Shown piece after piece: positions 50,193 to 61,038 of a DNA stretch of 64,000 nucleotides (positions are counted from its first letter, which is position 1; each line of letters begins with the position of its first letter). Below the pieces are notes generated by a model that was not told the origin of the DNA, did no database searches, and saw only the letters and a list, made by a program, of their open reading frames with translations. Made by a program: the position numbers and the translations under genes. The stretch covers positions 224,001-288,000 of the forward strand of contig CALUHR010000013.1 in the NCBI GenBank assembly GCA_944320495.1, read 5' to 3'. Origin of the DNA: Candidatus Methanomethylophilaceae archaeon. GTDB lineage: Archaea > Thermoplasmatota > Thermoplasmata > Methanomassiliicoccales > Methanomethylophilaceae.

Positions 50193-51446
50193 TCAGATGA
50201 GCGTCGTCTGCTTCGGAGGCTTGTAATCAGCGAAGACCTCGTCCTCCTTCAGCATCTCGATGATGTCCTTGGAGATGCAAAGCTCGATCTCCTTTGTGCG
50301 ACCCGCGTTGCCATAGGATTTGAGTTTCGCATGGATGACACCGAGCATGTCGAGCTCCTGGATGAGACCGGTGATCCTCCTCTGGGAGAGGACCGACTGA
50401 CCTATGTTCTCGCAGACGTATCTGTAAGAAGAATAGACATCGCCGGTCGTCATGACGGGCATGTCATTCTCGGTGTTCCTGATGATGCCCATGAGAAGGA
50501 TCTTGGACTGGATGGTGAGGGTTTTGATGACCTCGGTCATCGCATCGATCTCGATCTTGTTCTTGGCGGAACGGACATGAGCCGAGGTAATCTTGGAATC
50601 ACCGTTCCTTCCGGCTATCTCCGCGGAGATCCTCAGAAGATCGAGGGCGCGTCTCGCATCCCCCATCTCCTGCGCAGAGAGAGCAGCGCAGTAGGGAATC
50701 ACATCCTCGTCGAGGACTCCGTCCTCGAACGCGAACTTCGCCCTGTTGTAGAGGATGTCCTCGAGCTGCTGGACGTTGTAAGGAGGGAAGACGATCTTCT
50801 CCTCTCCGAGCCTGCTCTTGATCTTCGGACTCAGGAGATCCGTGAACTTGGCATTGTTGGTGATGCCTATGATGGAGACCCTCGATTTCTTCAGGACCTC
50901 GTTCAGTGTGGTGAGATAGTAGAAGATGTCGTCGCCGTTCCTCTCGACGGATCTGTCGATTTCGTCCAGAACGACAACGAAGATCCTGTTCTCGTTGTCG
51001 ATGACCTCTGCCAGAGCGGTGAGGATTTTGTCCAGACTCCACCCGGTGAACGGGATCTTGTTGTTGCTCGGATCCTTGACGATCTGGTTGGAGATGCTGT
51101 ACATTATTCCGTATGCGGTGTCGTTGACCTCGCAGTTCACATAGATGAAACACACATGGTCCTCGTTCGGGTCGGCCTTCTTCAGTTCCTTCCCGATGTA
51201 GGTCATGACCGCGGTCTTTCCCGTTCCCGTCTTTCCGAAGATCAGGATGTTGGATGGCTTGTTGTCTCCCAACGCAGGTGCGAGGATCTCGACGATGGCG
51301 TCGATCTTGTCCTTCCTGTGCGGCAGGTTGTCCGGGATGTAGGTGGTCTGCAGTATCTTCGAGTCCTTCACGAGACTGTGCCTCGTGCTCACGTACTGTG
51401 TGAAGATGCTGGATCCCTCTTCCATTGGAAACACCGCTGTTTCCAT
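50193..51446 (-). CDS. cdc6: Orc1/Cdc6 replication initiator
   Basis: YIPDNLPHR, GKTGTGKT, VLDEID, GDARRALDLL and ELDMLG motifs. Confidence 0.96.
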   Translation of the reverse strand: METAVFPMEEGSSIFTQYVSTRHSLVKDSKILQTTYIPDNLPHRKDKIDAIVEILAPALGDNKPSNILIFGKTGTGKTAVMTYIGKELKKADPNEDHVCFIYVNCEVNDTAYGIMYSISNQIVKDPSNNKIPFTGWSLDKILTALAEVIDNENRIFVVVLDEIDRSVERNGDDIFYYLTTLNEVLKKSRVSIIGITNNAKFTDLLSPKIKSRLGEEKIVFPPYNVQQLEDILYNRAKFAFEDGVLDEDVIPYCAALSAQEMGDARRALDLLRISAEIAGRNGDSKITSAHVRSAKNKIEIDAMTEVIKTLTIQSKILLMGIIRNTENDMPVMTTGDVYSSYRYVCENIGQSVLSQRRITGLIQELDMLGVIHAKLKSYGNAGRTKEIELCISKDIIEMLKEDEVFADYKPPKQTTLI

Positions 51447-51725
51447 TGAATGGGAGATATGATATAATGCTTTGGGAGACCTCAGTTTCCAGTGGAAATC
51501 CCACGACTCCGGACATCCGGTGTGGAAGTTGATTTTATAGAAGAATGCTGTACGCGGATTAAGCCCCAGGAGTGGTTAGAAAATGAAAGGATGGCTTGTC
51601 ATCGGCGCCTGTGTAGTGTGTATTCTCCTCTTCATCGGATTCCTCTACGTCGTCGGATCCTGAACTCTGAAACACACCCATACCCCTCTAGCGGTTCGCA
51701 GTGGAAATGGAGGGGTGGGTGGGTC
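51420..51725. other. Probable replication origin (oriC) with ORB/mini-ORB boxes
   Basis: TTCGCAGTGGAAATGGAGGGG with a G-string (51695-51715), TTTCCAGTGGAAAT (~51486-51499) and TCCATTGGAAAC (51421-51432), next to cdc6 in a lower-GC segment. Confidence 0.72.
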
Positions 51726-51788
51726 CTCGTCGGTGCAGTGCTGACGCAGGACATCGACATTATATCCCAGTGCCGACAGGGACGTCCC

Positions 51789-52076
51789 ATGTCTGCACAC
51801 AGGTATGCCGCCTTGGGAATGGCAGTCGTATTGGTCGTTCTCACTCTGGTCCTGTTCTCGGACGAATCCATGCAGGAGGATCCGGACATGACCGGGATAG
51901 TGAGTGATATCAAAGAGGGAACGAACGGATATACCTTCATTCTGAACACATACGACGGAAGTGTGAGGTGCTTCTTCCGCGAGAGGCCTGCAGATCTCTC
52001 GTACTGCGGCGTCTCTGGGACCTTCTCCGACGACGGGTCCATACTCTTCGTGGAGAGATTGGTCCATTTGGATCGA
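51789..52076 (+). CDS. Small membrane-anchored protein, possibly OB-fold
   Basis: N-terminal TM followed by GIVSDIKE...GYTF...VSGTFSDDGSILFV. First CGA at 52074; TAA end at 52094. Confidence 0.6.
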
Positions 52077-52128
52077 TCGTCGCATCATCAATAAGAATCC
52101 GAACGGGATATGTCGTCGCGGTGCAGAG

Positions 52129-53454
52129 ATGTACGTAGCTGTCGATGACACGGATTCCATGAGGGGCAATTGCACGACGTTCCTCGCAACGGAGATCATC
52201 CGCGAACTCTCCGATCTGGATCTCATAGGGAATCCGAGGCTCGTCCGTCTCAATCCTGCCGTTCCGTGGAAGACCCGTGGGAACGGGGCCTTGGTCATGC
52301 GCTTCGGACGCGGGAGAGGTCCATCCAGAATGATCGGCAGGATCGGTGACAGGGATATCGTCTGCTACGACGACTGCACGGCATGGGAGCCGGATCCCGA
52401 ATCCATAAGATCGAGGGTGATCCCCCTTATGGAGGAATACCATGATCCGGAGCTATCGGATCCGGGTCTCCTGATATCGAGGACGAAGCCGTCCCAATCG
52501 TTCTATTGGAGAGGTGTCCGGACCATCATGGGTCGCGAGGACGTCGATCCCGAGATATCGAGGCTCGGGGCTATTACGCATGAGATAAACAAGGGCCGCG
52601 GATTGATAGGATGCGTCTGCGGCATGGCATGGAGGCCCCGCGACAGCACCTTCGAGCTCCTGTCGTACAGGCCCCGCGAGAGATGGGGCACGAAGAGGGT
52701 GTTCGATCCGGACACCATAAGGTCCGTCGAGTTCGGATATCCGTCGACGTTCAACTCGTGGGAGGAGAGGTCCCATAAGGTCGCGATGGTTCCATCGACC
52801 CCCTGTCCCGTCATGTACGGCCTCCGCGGCGATGATGAGGACGATCTCATAGAGGCCGCTCCGAGGATATCCACCGAGACCATCGACAGATGGATGGTCT
52901 TCCTGACCAATCAGGGGACTGACGACCACATAATCCATGATCCCGACGAACTCGTTCCGAACAGGTCCTATTCAATCCACGGAACCGTATCATCCAATTC
53001 GACGCATTCGGAGGGAGGCCACACTTTCATCCGCATCGACACGGAGCTCGGCGGTCTGGACTGCGCCGCGTACGAGCCTTCTAAGGAGTTCCGCTACGTC
53101 CTCGATTGGCTGCGCCCCGGGGACGAGGTGGAGATGCTCGGAGAGCTTAGGGAGGAACCGAGGACCCTGAACCTCGAGAAGGTACACGTCGTATCCACAA
53201 TCGAGGATTCCATGAAGATCTCCAACCCGATATGTCCGATATGCTCCCGTACGATGAAGTCCACCGGGAAGGGGAACCGCTTCAAATGCAAGAAGTGCGG
53301 GACCCGCTCGTCAGAACCCGTGACCCGCAGGGTGAGGAGGCAGATCGTCCCCGGATGGTATGAGCCTCCCACATCGGCGAGGCGCCATCTATCCAAGCCC
53401 CTGAAGAGGATGGGTCTGGAACAACCGGTAGAGTTCGTCAATGGTCGTACTTGA
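52129..53454 (+). CDS. tiaS: tRNA(Ile2) agmatinylcytidine synthetase
   Basis: VDDTDS..G.CTT, PRLVRLNPAVPWKTRGN, TNQGTDDH, OB fold with AAYEPSK, and a CPIC...CKKC ribbon. Confidence 0.93.
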   Translation: MYVAVDDTDSMRGNCTTFLATEIIRELSDLDLIGNPRLVRLNPAVPWKTRGNGALVMRFGRGRGPSRMIGRIGDRDIVCYDDCTAWEPDPESIRSRVIPLMEEYHDPELSDPGLLISRTKPSQSFYWRGVRTIMGREDVDPEISRLGAITHEINKGRGLIGCVCGMAWRPRDSTFELLSYRPRERWGTKRVFDPDTIRSVEFGYPSTFNSWEERSHKVAMVPSTPCPVMYGLRGDDEDDLIEAAPRISTETIDRWMVFLTNQGTDDHIIHDPDELVPNRSYSIHGTVSSNSTHSEGGHTFIRIDTELGGLDCAAYEPSKEFRYVLDWLRPGDEVEMLGELREEPRTLNLEKVHVVSTIEDSMKISNPICPICSRTMKSTGKGNRFKCKKCGTRSSEPVTRRVRRQIVPGWYEPPTSARRHLSKPLKRMGLEQPVEFVNGRT

Positions 53455-53506
53455 TAATCGACACTATTTTATAAAGTACGCCGATGACTAGCCGAGGGAA
53501 CATCCC

Positions 53507-54685
53507 ATGGACGAAGCAGTCATCGTAAGCGCCGTAAGGACGCCTATAGGAAAATACGGCAAGAGCCTCGCTGGTTTCAAAGCCACCGAACTCGGGGCCA
53601 TGGTCGTGAAGGAGGCCGTCTCCCGTGCCGGTCTCCAGCCCGAGGACATCCAGGAATGCATCATGGGCAACGTCATCGGCGCAGGTCTCGGACAGAACCC
53701 CGCCAGGCAGGCCGCCATCGGCGCCGGCCTCCCCGTGGAGATCGGTTCGTTCACCGTGAACGACGTCTGCGGATCCGGACTCAAGGCCGCCATGCTCGCC
53801 TCCGACGCCATCAAGGCCGGGGAGTACGAGGTGCTCGTCGCCGGAGGAATGGAGAGTATGTCCAACGCCCCCTACCTGCTCAACGGTGCGAGGTGGGGAT
53901 ACAAGATGAACGACCAGAAGGTCGTCGACTCCATGGTCCACGACGGACTCTGGGACATATTCAACGACCAGCACATGGGATTCACTGGCGAGATTGTCGC
54001 CGAGAGGTTCAACGTCACCAGGGAGGACTCCGACAGGCTCTCGATGGAATCCCACATCAAGGCCGCCAAGGCCACCAAGGAGGGCAAGTTCAAGAACGAG
54101 ATCCTCCCGATCACCATCCACTCCAGGAAGGGGGACACCGTCATCGACACCGATGAGGGCATCAGGGAGGACACGACCATGGAGGGCCTCGCCAAGCTGA
54201 AGCCCGTCTTCAAGAGCGACGGACAGGTCACCGCGGGTAACTCCTCCCAGCTCAGCGACGGAGCTTCCGCCCTCGTTATCACTTCCAGGAAGTGGGCCGA
54301 GGAGCACGGCATCAAGCCGATGGCGTCCATCGTCGCCTACGGCGAGAGGGGAGTCAAGCCCGAGTACATCATGGAGGCCCCCATACCCACCACCAGGCAC
54401 GTGCTGAAGAAGGCTGGAATGACCATCGACGACATCGACCTCTTCGAGCACAACGAGGCCTTCGCCTCCGCGTCCTGCGCGGTCAAGAAGGACCTGAACG
54501 TCCCCGACGAGATCTTCAACGTGAACGGAGGGGCGGTCGCGCTCGGACACCCCATCGGATGCTCCGGAGCCCGTGTCATGACCACGCTGCTCTATGCGCT
54601 CCAGGACAGGAACAAGGAGACCGGACTGGCCACCCTGTGCCTCGGCGGCGGCAACGCGGTCACCATGATTGTTCGCCGCGAGTGA
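53507..54685 (+). CDS. Acetyl-CoA C-acetyltransferase (bacterial-type thiolase)
   Basis: NDVCGSG, NEAF, GHPIGCSG and CLGGG motifs. Confidence 0.95.
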   Translation: MDEAVIVSAVRTPIGKYGKSLAGFKATELGAMVVKEAVSRAGLQPEDIQECIMGNVIGAGLGQNPARQAAIGAGLPVEIGSFTVNDVCGSGLKAAMLASDAIKAGEYEVLVAGGMESMSNAPYLLNGARWGYKMNDQKVVDSMVHDGLWDIFNDQHMGFTGEIVAERFNVTREDSDRLSMESHIKAAKATKEGKFKNEILPITIHSRKGDTVIDTDEGIREDTTMEGLAKLKPVFKSDGQVTAGNSSQLSDGASALVITSRKWAEEHGIKPMASIVAYGERGVKPEYIMEAPIPTTRHVLKKAGMTIDDIDLFEHNEAFASASCAVKKDLNVPDEIFNVNGGAVALGHPIGCSGARVMTTLLYALQDRNKETGLATLCLGGGNAVTMIVRRE

Positions 54686-54852
54686 TATTCGCAATCACAA
54701 ACCATTTAACAAACCACTTACCATCGATTATCTTCCAGCATTGCATTATAGAGATTGTCAGATGATTATGAATAATCGATATTCTGTTGACAATTGCATT
54801 TTGGATATGTCGCATCCGTTCCGTTAGGATGGCAACGCGTATGAACGGATGA

Positions 54853-56100
54853 GTGGATTACTCCGTTATGAAGAGCCTCCAGTCCGTCTTCGGAGAGATA
54901 GATGCCAGCATGGAAGAGATAATCCAGACAGCCGTCGAGTTGGTCGGATATCCCGCATTGGCACCGATCAACGGAGGGACTGGCGAGGGGGCCAAGGCGG
55001 ATTACATCGTCTCCAAGCTCAGGGGGTTCGACAGCGTCGAGCGTATCGAGTTCCCCGATGTTACTGATCCTTCTGTGATGAGGCCCAACATAATCGCCAG
55101 GAAGAATGGCAAGGGCAAGGGGACCTTGTGGATAGTGTCCCATATGGATGTGGTCCCCACTGGTGACCCGGAGTTGTGGGACACTCCTCCGTTCGAAGGA
55201 GTCTACAAAGACGGTCGCATCTACGGCAGGGGGACCGAGGATAACGGACAGTCCGTCGTGGCCTCGATGTTCGCCGCCAAGCCGTTCCTGGATGAGGAGT
55301 TCGATGGGATGTCGCTTGCCTTAGCCTATGTGGCGGACGAGGAGACCTCCAGCGTCCTCGGCATACAGAGCCTCCTGGAGAAGGGTCTGTTCTCGGAGGA
55401 CGATGCGATAATGGTCCCGGACTGGGGATCCCCAGGAGGAACCATGATAGGCCTGGCGGAGAAGTCCGTCCTATGGCTGAGGTTCGTGATCGAGGGGAGG
55501 ACCACCCACGGTTCCACTCCCGAGCTCGGTGTCAACGCGTACCGCGTCTCCACTCTCCTGTTGATGGACCTGATGGAATCCCTCCCGGAGAAGTTCGGCG
55601 AGAGGGATGACCGCTTCCTGAATGGCGTGTCCACGTTCGAACCGACCAAGAGGCCAGCCACTGTCGACAACGTGAACACGATACCCGGCCACGACGAGTT
55701 CTGCATGGACATCCGCCTCCTCCCTGAATACGACCCCGATGATGTGCTGCGCGAGGCCGAGGCCATCGCGAGATGCTATGCGAGGGACACGGGCGCCGAG
55801 ATCCGTGTGGAGGTCATCCAGAAGGCCGTAGCGGGAAGACCGTCGCCAGATGACAGGGAGGAGTTCACCGCCCTGGCGGAATCCGTCGAGGAGGTAATCG
55901 GAGTGAGACCGAGAGGTGTCGGGATGAGCGGCGGCACATGTGCCAACTTCTTCAGGCTCAAGGGACTGGACGCGTATGTGTGGCAGTCGGAGGGAGGGAC
56001 CCTTCATGCGCCCAACGAATACGTGACGGTGGACCATCTGCTGACCGATGCGAAGGTGTACGCCTCGCTTATCCGCAGGATGTGCGTCACTCGTCGCCGA
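54853..56100 (+). CDS. M20 (ArgE/DapE-like) metallopeptidase
   Basis: SHMDVVP, GRGTEDNG, DEE and TLHAPNE motifs. First CGA at 56098; the standard ORF ends at 56136. Confidence 0.9.
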
Positions 56101-57280
56101 AGAGCCTCTGGATCATCCACTCGGTGTCGAACTTGACGATGTCGCCGTATTCCTGACCGTTGCAGACGAAGGCTATCGGCTTGTTGATGGTGTGGGCGAT
56201 CGACAGCGCGGCGCCTCCCTTGGCGTCGGTATCGATCTTCGTCAGAATGATGGTATCGATGCCGATCGCTTTGTCGAAGACGCGGGCCTGCTCTATGGCG
56301 TCGTTGCCGGCGAGGGAGTCTCCCACGAAGACCTTGAGATCGGGCTTAGCGATCCTCACGATCTTCTTCATCTCCTCGATGAGGTTGCTGTTCGTCTGCA
56401 TCCTCCCGGCGGTGTCGATGAGGACGACGTCCTTCCTCTTGGAGCGGGCGTGCTCTATGGCGTCGTAGGCGACCGCCGAGGGATCGGCATCGTGGTCCTG
56501 TTTGACGATCTTGCAGCCCAGCCTCTCCGAATGGATGGTGAGCTGCTCGATGGCCCCCGCCCTGAAGGTGTCGCAGGCCGCGAGGACGACCGTCTGGCCG
56601 TTGTTCATGATGCGGTTGGCGATCTTGGCGATGGCGGTGGTCTTGCCGGTGCCGTTGATACCGACGAACATGATGACGGTGGGTCTCTCCTGTCCGGCGA
56701 GCCATCCGTCGAAATCGAACTCGTTTATCTTCAGGACGTCGCGGACGGCGTCCCTGACGGCCATCTCCACGACCTCTTCGAGACTGTAGGAGCGGTCGTA
56801 CTTCCTTCCAACTAGGTTCTCGCGGACCCCGGCCTTGATCTCCTCGACCACAGGGTATGCGACGTCCGCCTCAAGGAGGATGATCTCCAGCTCGTCGAGG
56901 ATCTCGTTGAGCGGGTCCTCCTTGATCCTCTTGCCGGAGTCGCCGACGGGGACGTCGGTGGATGCGGAGGGCTTCTTACCTTCCTTCCTCTCCTGTTTCT
57001 TGAGCTTCAGCATCTCCTTCCTGGAGAGCTTGGGTTCCTCGCGGACGGGTTCCGGCTCGGGCTGCTGGATTGTTGGCTGGGAGACGACGGGTTCCTCGGT
57101 CCTCTGGGGGACCTCGGGGGTCTCCGTCTCCACGGGCGCATGGGTGGCCTCCGGTCCCTTCTCGGGGACCGGGGGTGCGGGCGGCTGTTCGGCCTCCTCC
57201 GTCCTGTAGACCTGCTCCTCGTTGAGCTTCTTGCCCTTCGAGAAGAGTCCCTTCATCTTGGACTTGAGGGAGTCGAACAT
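56087..57280 (-). CDS. ftsY: SRP receptor FtsY
   Basis: Acidic Pro-rich N-terminus, GINGTGKTT, DTFRAGA, DTAGR and TKIDTDAKGG motifs. Confidence 0.96.
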   Translation of the reverse strand: MFDSLKSKMKGLFSKGKKLNEEQVYRTEEAEQPPAPPVPEKGPEATHAPVETETPEVPQRTEEPVVSQPTIQQPEPEPVREEPKLSRKEMLKLKKQERKEGKKPSASTDVPVGDSGKRIKEDPLNEILDELEIILLEADVAYPVVEEIKAGVRENLVGRKYDRSYSLEEVVEMAVRDAVRDVLKINEFDFDGWLAGQERPTVIMFVGINGTGKTTAIAKIANRIMNNGQTVVLAACDTFRAGAIEQLTIHSERLGCKIVKQDHDADPSAVAYDAIEHARSKRKDVVLIDTAGRMQTNSNLIEEMKKIVRIAKPDLKVFVGDSLAGNDAIEQARVFDKAIGIDTIILTKIDTDAKGGAALSIAHTINKPIAFVCNGQEYGDIVKFDTEWMIQRLFGDE

Positions 57281-57290
57281 CGCCACCGCC

Positions 57291-57728
57291 TCACTGCGCT
57301 CCGGCCTGCTGGCGCCTGGCCTCGTATTCCTGCTGGACGGTCTCGGACATCGCCGCCAGGTTCCTCTGGGCGTCGTTGAGCGCCTCGACGGACTTCTTGA
57401 GGGCCTCGTTGATCTCGGCGGCGTTGGCCTCGAGGTACTCGATGGAGTCGTCGGAGGTCTTCTGGACTGAGATGCCGGACCCGATGTTGGTGACGACGGT
57501 CCTGTTCCCGGTGACCTTCACGGGGATGTAGCACGAGGCTCCAACGGGCACCATGATCTCGTCGCCCTCCTTGGCGTCCTTGAACGCCTTGACGGACTCG
57601 AGGGCGAGGGAGACCTCGTCGAACGAGACGCGGAGGACCTGGACCTGGCGGTTCATGGCCTCGACCCTCTCCCTGTAGGCGTCCACCAGGGCGATTGCCT
57701 GACGGAGCTCGTTGTCGTTCACGTTCAC
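57291..57728 (-). CDS. pfdA: Prefoldin subunit alpha
   Basis: EIMVPVGAS and VTNIGSG motifs; conserved rpl18a-pfdA-ftsY order. Confidence 0.93.
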   Translation of the reverse strand: MNVNDNELRQAIALVDAYRERVEAMNRQVQVLRVSFDEVSLALESVKAFKDAKEGDEIMVPVGASCYIPVKVTGNRTVVTNIGSGISVQKTSDDSIEYLEANAAEINEALKKSVEALNDAQRNLAAMSETVQQEYEARRQQAGAQ

Positions 57729-57952
57729 TCACCGATCTGGTACTTGACGGTGTGGTTGACGACCTGGTCCGCGGGGATCTCGGCGACATCGGTGATGTCG
57801 ATCTGCCACCTCTTCAGCTTGTGCTTGCTGCCGATGGTGGACAGGGCCTTCTCCTTGACGGCGGCCTCGTCCTCGGCGGCCATCTCGATGGAGAAGGGCT
57901 GCCTGATCTGCCTGGGGTCTGCGTAGTTGCCAGTGACACGGAATGCTTTCAT
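57725..57952 (-). CDS. rpl18a: 50S ribosomal protein L18Ae (LX)
   Basis: FRVTG and LSTIGSKHKLKRWQI motifs. Confidence 0.92.
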   Translation of the reverse strand: MKAFRVTGNYADPRQIRQPFSIEMAAEDEAAVKEKALSTIGSKHKLKRWQIDITDVAEIPADQVVNHTVKYQIGE

Positions 57953-58070
57953 GGTGATTACCTTGCCGTGTGCAACCGCACCCCCTTAATAAAGGGTTCG
58001 CTCGCGCGTAATATAGCGGGCGCAGCGTCTTCGGAGGCCAGGATGTTGTCCGGACGAATGTGCCAGACCA

Positions 58071-59300
58071 TCGGAAAAGCCTCTGTCTGCCCGCCTCCTC
58101 CGATGCGAATCCGAAATCGGCCATCTTCCTGCCTATGAGGAACACGGCGGCGAACTCGGGGACCTCCGTCTCCCCCTCCAGGGAGAAATGCTCCCCCTTC
58201 ATGTCCAGCTTCGCGGGCCTCCTCATCGTGATCTTCACAGGGTCGTCGGAGTAAGCGTCAGGCACTGCCATCTGCAGGGGGTCGAAATCCGTGAGCTGGT
58301 CCCTGGTGATGGGGGTCACGCGGAGCCCGCTCTTGCCGTGGACGGACCCGGGGAGGCGTATCAGCCTCTTGATGTCCGCCGTGACCGGCTCGTCCACCTC
58401 GCCCGAGAGTCTCGGTGCCATGTCCTCGGCCATGATCTTCACGAGGATGTTCTGGGTGGACGTGGACAGCATGGCCATGGTGTTCCTCTCGAACAGCCTG
58501 GTCCTGGCGCCCTTCAGCTCCTCCTGGGCCTTGTAGACGGTCTTGATGTCGCTGCCCTTGATGCTGGGGTACTCGCGTTTGAGCTCCTTCCCGTCCCCGT
58601 CGCAGAAGTCGTTGACGACGTCCATGAGGCCGTGGCGCATTCTCAGCCTCCATCCTCCCGCATCCGCGGGAGGGATCAGCCTGTCCTTGGCGACGTTGGT
58701 GCGCATGCCTGACCCCGTGACGACCTTGGACGTGGCGACCCTGTTGTAAGGGAAGACCCAGTCGATGTTGAGGCCGGACCCGGTGATGTAGTCCACGAGC
58801 TCGCGCCTCTCGTGCGTCCCTAGCTCCATGACGTCCGGCGTGCGGACGTGGGCGTGGTACCCCCTTCCGCCGGAGAACGTGATGTGGACCTGCTCCTCCG
58901 AGAATCCCAGGTCCCCGAGCAGGAAGGAGTCGACGAGGTTCATCATCTCCGAGCGGATCTGCCTGAGCATCTCCGCATAGGTCATGTTCGCGGCGCCCTC
59001 CAGGTGGTCGGCGTCCAGGTCGAAGATGAGCTCCGCCCCGAGCCACTCCTTCTCGTCCATGGTGGGGGCGTCCGGCTTGCGGTAGTATGACGTGGAGTAG
59101 TAGCTGTGCGCGGGGACGTTCCCCTGCATGTACCGGCGCAGCTCTTCGGGGCTGCTGAACGATAGGTGCCTCTGGACGTAGTTCCTGTCGAAGAACATGA
59201 AGCCGAACTCCCTGCGGGCGAACCTGTCTGGCACAATGGGACCGTCCGTCCGGTAGTACTTCTTGAACGCCTTGAGCATGAAGCGGGAGTTCGGGTCCAT
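58071..59300 (-). CDS. priS: DNA primase small (catalytic) subunit (ends at CGA 58073-58071)
   Basis: RREFGF, LIFDLDADHL, FSGGRGYH and DEPVTADIKRLIRLPGSVHGK motifs. ATG 59300. The standard-code ORF runs to 57729, across rpl18a. Confidence 0.94.
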
Positions 59301-59395
59301 CGCCACGAGGACGGGGAGCGCGTATATCCATTTTCTGGGGAGCGTACGAAGGAACCTCCGAGATGCCTTTATCCGGTGACGGCTTACGAGGCCCG

Positions 59396-60232
59396 ATGAG
59401 CGAGAGCGTCCCAGTCTACGACAACCACATCCACATGTCCCCCTCCGGGAGGAACGTCGAGGCCCTGAAGGAGTACCAGGCCGCCGGCGGGACGGGGCTG
59501 ACGCTGGTGACGTTGCCCTACCCCGAGGTCCGCATCCGCGAGGGCGCGGACTTCGAGAGGTCGTATCAAATAACGTACGGTCTGGCACAGCGCGCCAGGG
59601 AGGAGACGGACCTGGAGATCAACATCGCCGTGGGGCCGTATCCGATTCTCCTGATATCCCTCGCCGAGGCCTACGGCCTGGAGAGGGCGGAGGAGATCAT
59701 GATCGAGGGGATGGAGGCTGCCGCGAGGGACGTGGCCGAGGGGCGCGCCGTCGCCCTCGGCGAGATAGGGAGGCCCCACTTCCCCGTGTCCGAGGAGATA
59801 TGGGACGCGTCCAACAGGGTCCTGCTCCGCGGCATGTAGCTCGCCCGCGAGGTAGACTGCCCCGTCATCATCCACTGCGAGTCCGAGGCCGACACCGACC
59901 GCTCCCTGGCGGAGCTGGCCGACCGCGCAGGTCTGGACAGGGGCAGGGTCGTGAAGCACTCGTCCCCGCCGTGGGTGACCCCTGAGGAGACGCACGGGGT
60001 GATGCCGTCGATACCCGCCTCCAAGACCAACACCAGGGAGGCCATCGGGAAGGGCACCGACCGCTTCATGATAGAGACCGACTACATCGACGACCCTTCC
60101 AAGCCGGGCGCGATCATGTCGGTGAACACAGTCCCCAAACGGGTCAGGGCATGGCTCGCCAACGGCGAGGTGTCCGTGGAGAGCATCCACAGGATCTGCG
60201 GGGACATTCCGAACTCACTTTACAGGAGATGA
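59396..60232 (+). CDS. TatD-related hydrolase with an in-frame amber codon at 59837-59839
   Basis: DNHIH, ALGEIGRPHF, IIHCE and FMIETDYIDDP..PG motifs lie on both sides of the TAG in one frame (ORF-track pieces 59363..59839 and 59951..60232). Confidence 0.85.
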
Positions 60233-60237
60233 CAGCG

Positions 60238-60984
60238 ATGGCAAGGATACTCTGCGTGTACGACGAGGGCTCTGTGGTGGACACGCCCCTGATCGGGGCC
60301 AAGGGCTTCTCGATGCTCATAGAATCGGGCGGGAAGCGCGTGCTCTTCGACACAGGCCTCAGGGACAGGTACCTCTCCCACAACCTGGAGTACCTGGAGA
60401 TCGACCCCGCCTCGATAGACGCCGTGGTCGTGTCGCAGTCCCATCCGGACAACTGCAGGGCGATAAACGCCCTCCTCGACCGGAGGTCCGAGCCGGTGGA
60501 CGTGTACGCTCCGTCCGGCCTCTACGCGGGGAAGAAGGGCGTGCTGTCCAAGAGCGCCGGCCTCTCCGACGAGAACAGGGAGAAGGTCCGTCTGCACGAC
60601 CTGGAGGGATGGTTCGAGGTGGCCCCGGACGTATGGGTCACACCCCCGATCGCCTACGCCGACGGCTACAGGGAGGCGTTCGTCGTCATCGACGGGAAGC
60701 GCCTGACCATCGTGAGCGGCAGGGCCCGCGACGGTCCCGGCCCCGTCCTGGACGCCGTGAGGCAGAGGTTCGGCAGGGATGCAAGATCATTCGTGGGGGC
60801 GATCCTCCTGGAGAAGGTGAAGAAGCCCGTGGCGGAGGCATACGCGCAGGAACTGGACGCATGCGGATGCACCGACCTCCACCTGAACCACTGCACCGGC
60901 AGGGACGGCATGACAAACATGAGGGTCCACTTCGGCCTCACGGGCGTGGATGAGTTCTACGTCGGCATGTCCCTGGATGTCTGA
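60238..60984 (+). CDS. MBL-fold metallo-hydrolase
   Basis: GFSMLIE, VLFDTG, VVSQSHPDNC (variant of HxHxDH) and NHCTG motifs. Confidence 0.82.
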   Translation: MARILCVYDEGSVVDTPLIGAKGFSMLIESGGKRVLFDTGLRDRYLSHNLEYLEIDPASIDAVVVSQSHPDNCRAINALLDRRSEPVDVYAPSGLYAGKKGVLSKSAGLSDENREKVRLHDLEGWFEVAPDVWVTPPIAYADGYREAFVVIDGKRLTIVSGRARDGPGPVLDAVRQRFGRDARSFVGAILLEKVKKPVAEAYAQELDACGCTDLHLNHCTGRDGMTNMRVHFGLTGVDEFYVGMSLDV

Positions 60985-61038
60985 GGCTTTTGTAACATAG
61001 GATTATATACAAGCTCAATCCAACTGGAGACGATTCAA

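Noticed and set aside
54720-54800. Short inverted repeats (ATCGATTAT/ATAATCGAT, ATTGTCA/TGACAAT) upstream of the M20 peptidase
   Set aside because: Short arms in an AT-rich intergenic region could arise by chance, and no cognate regulator is evident.
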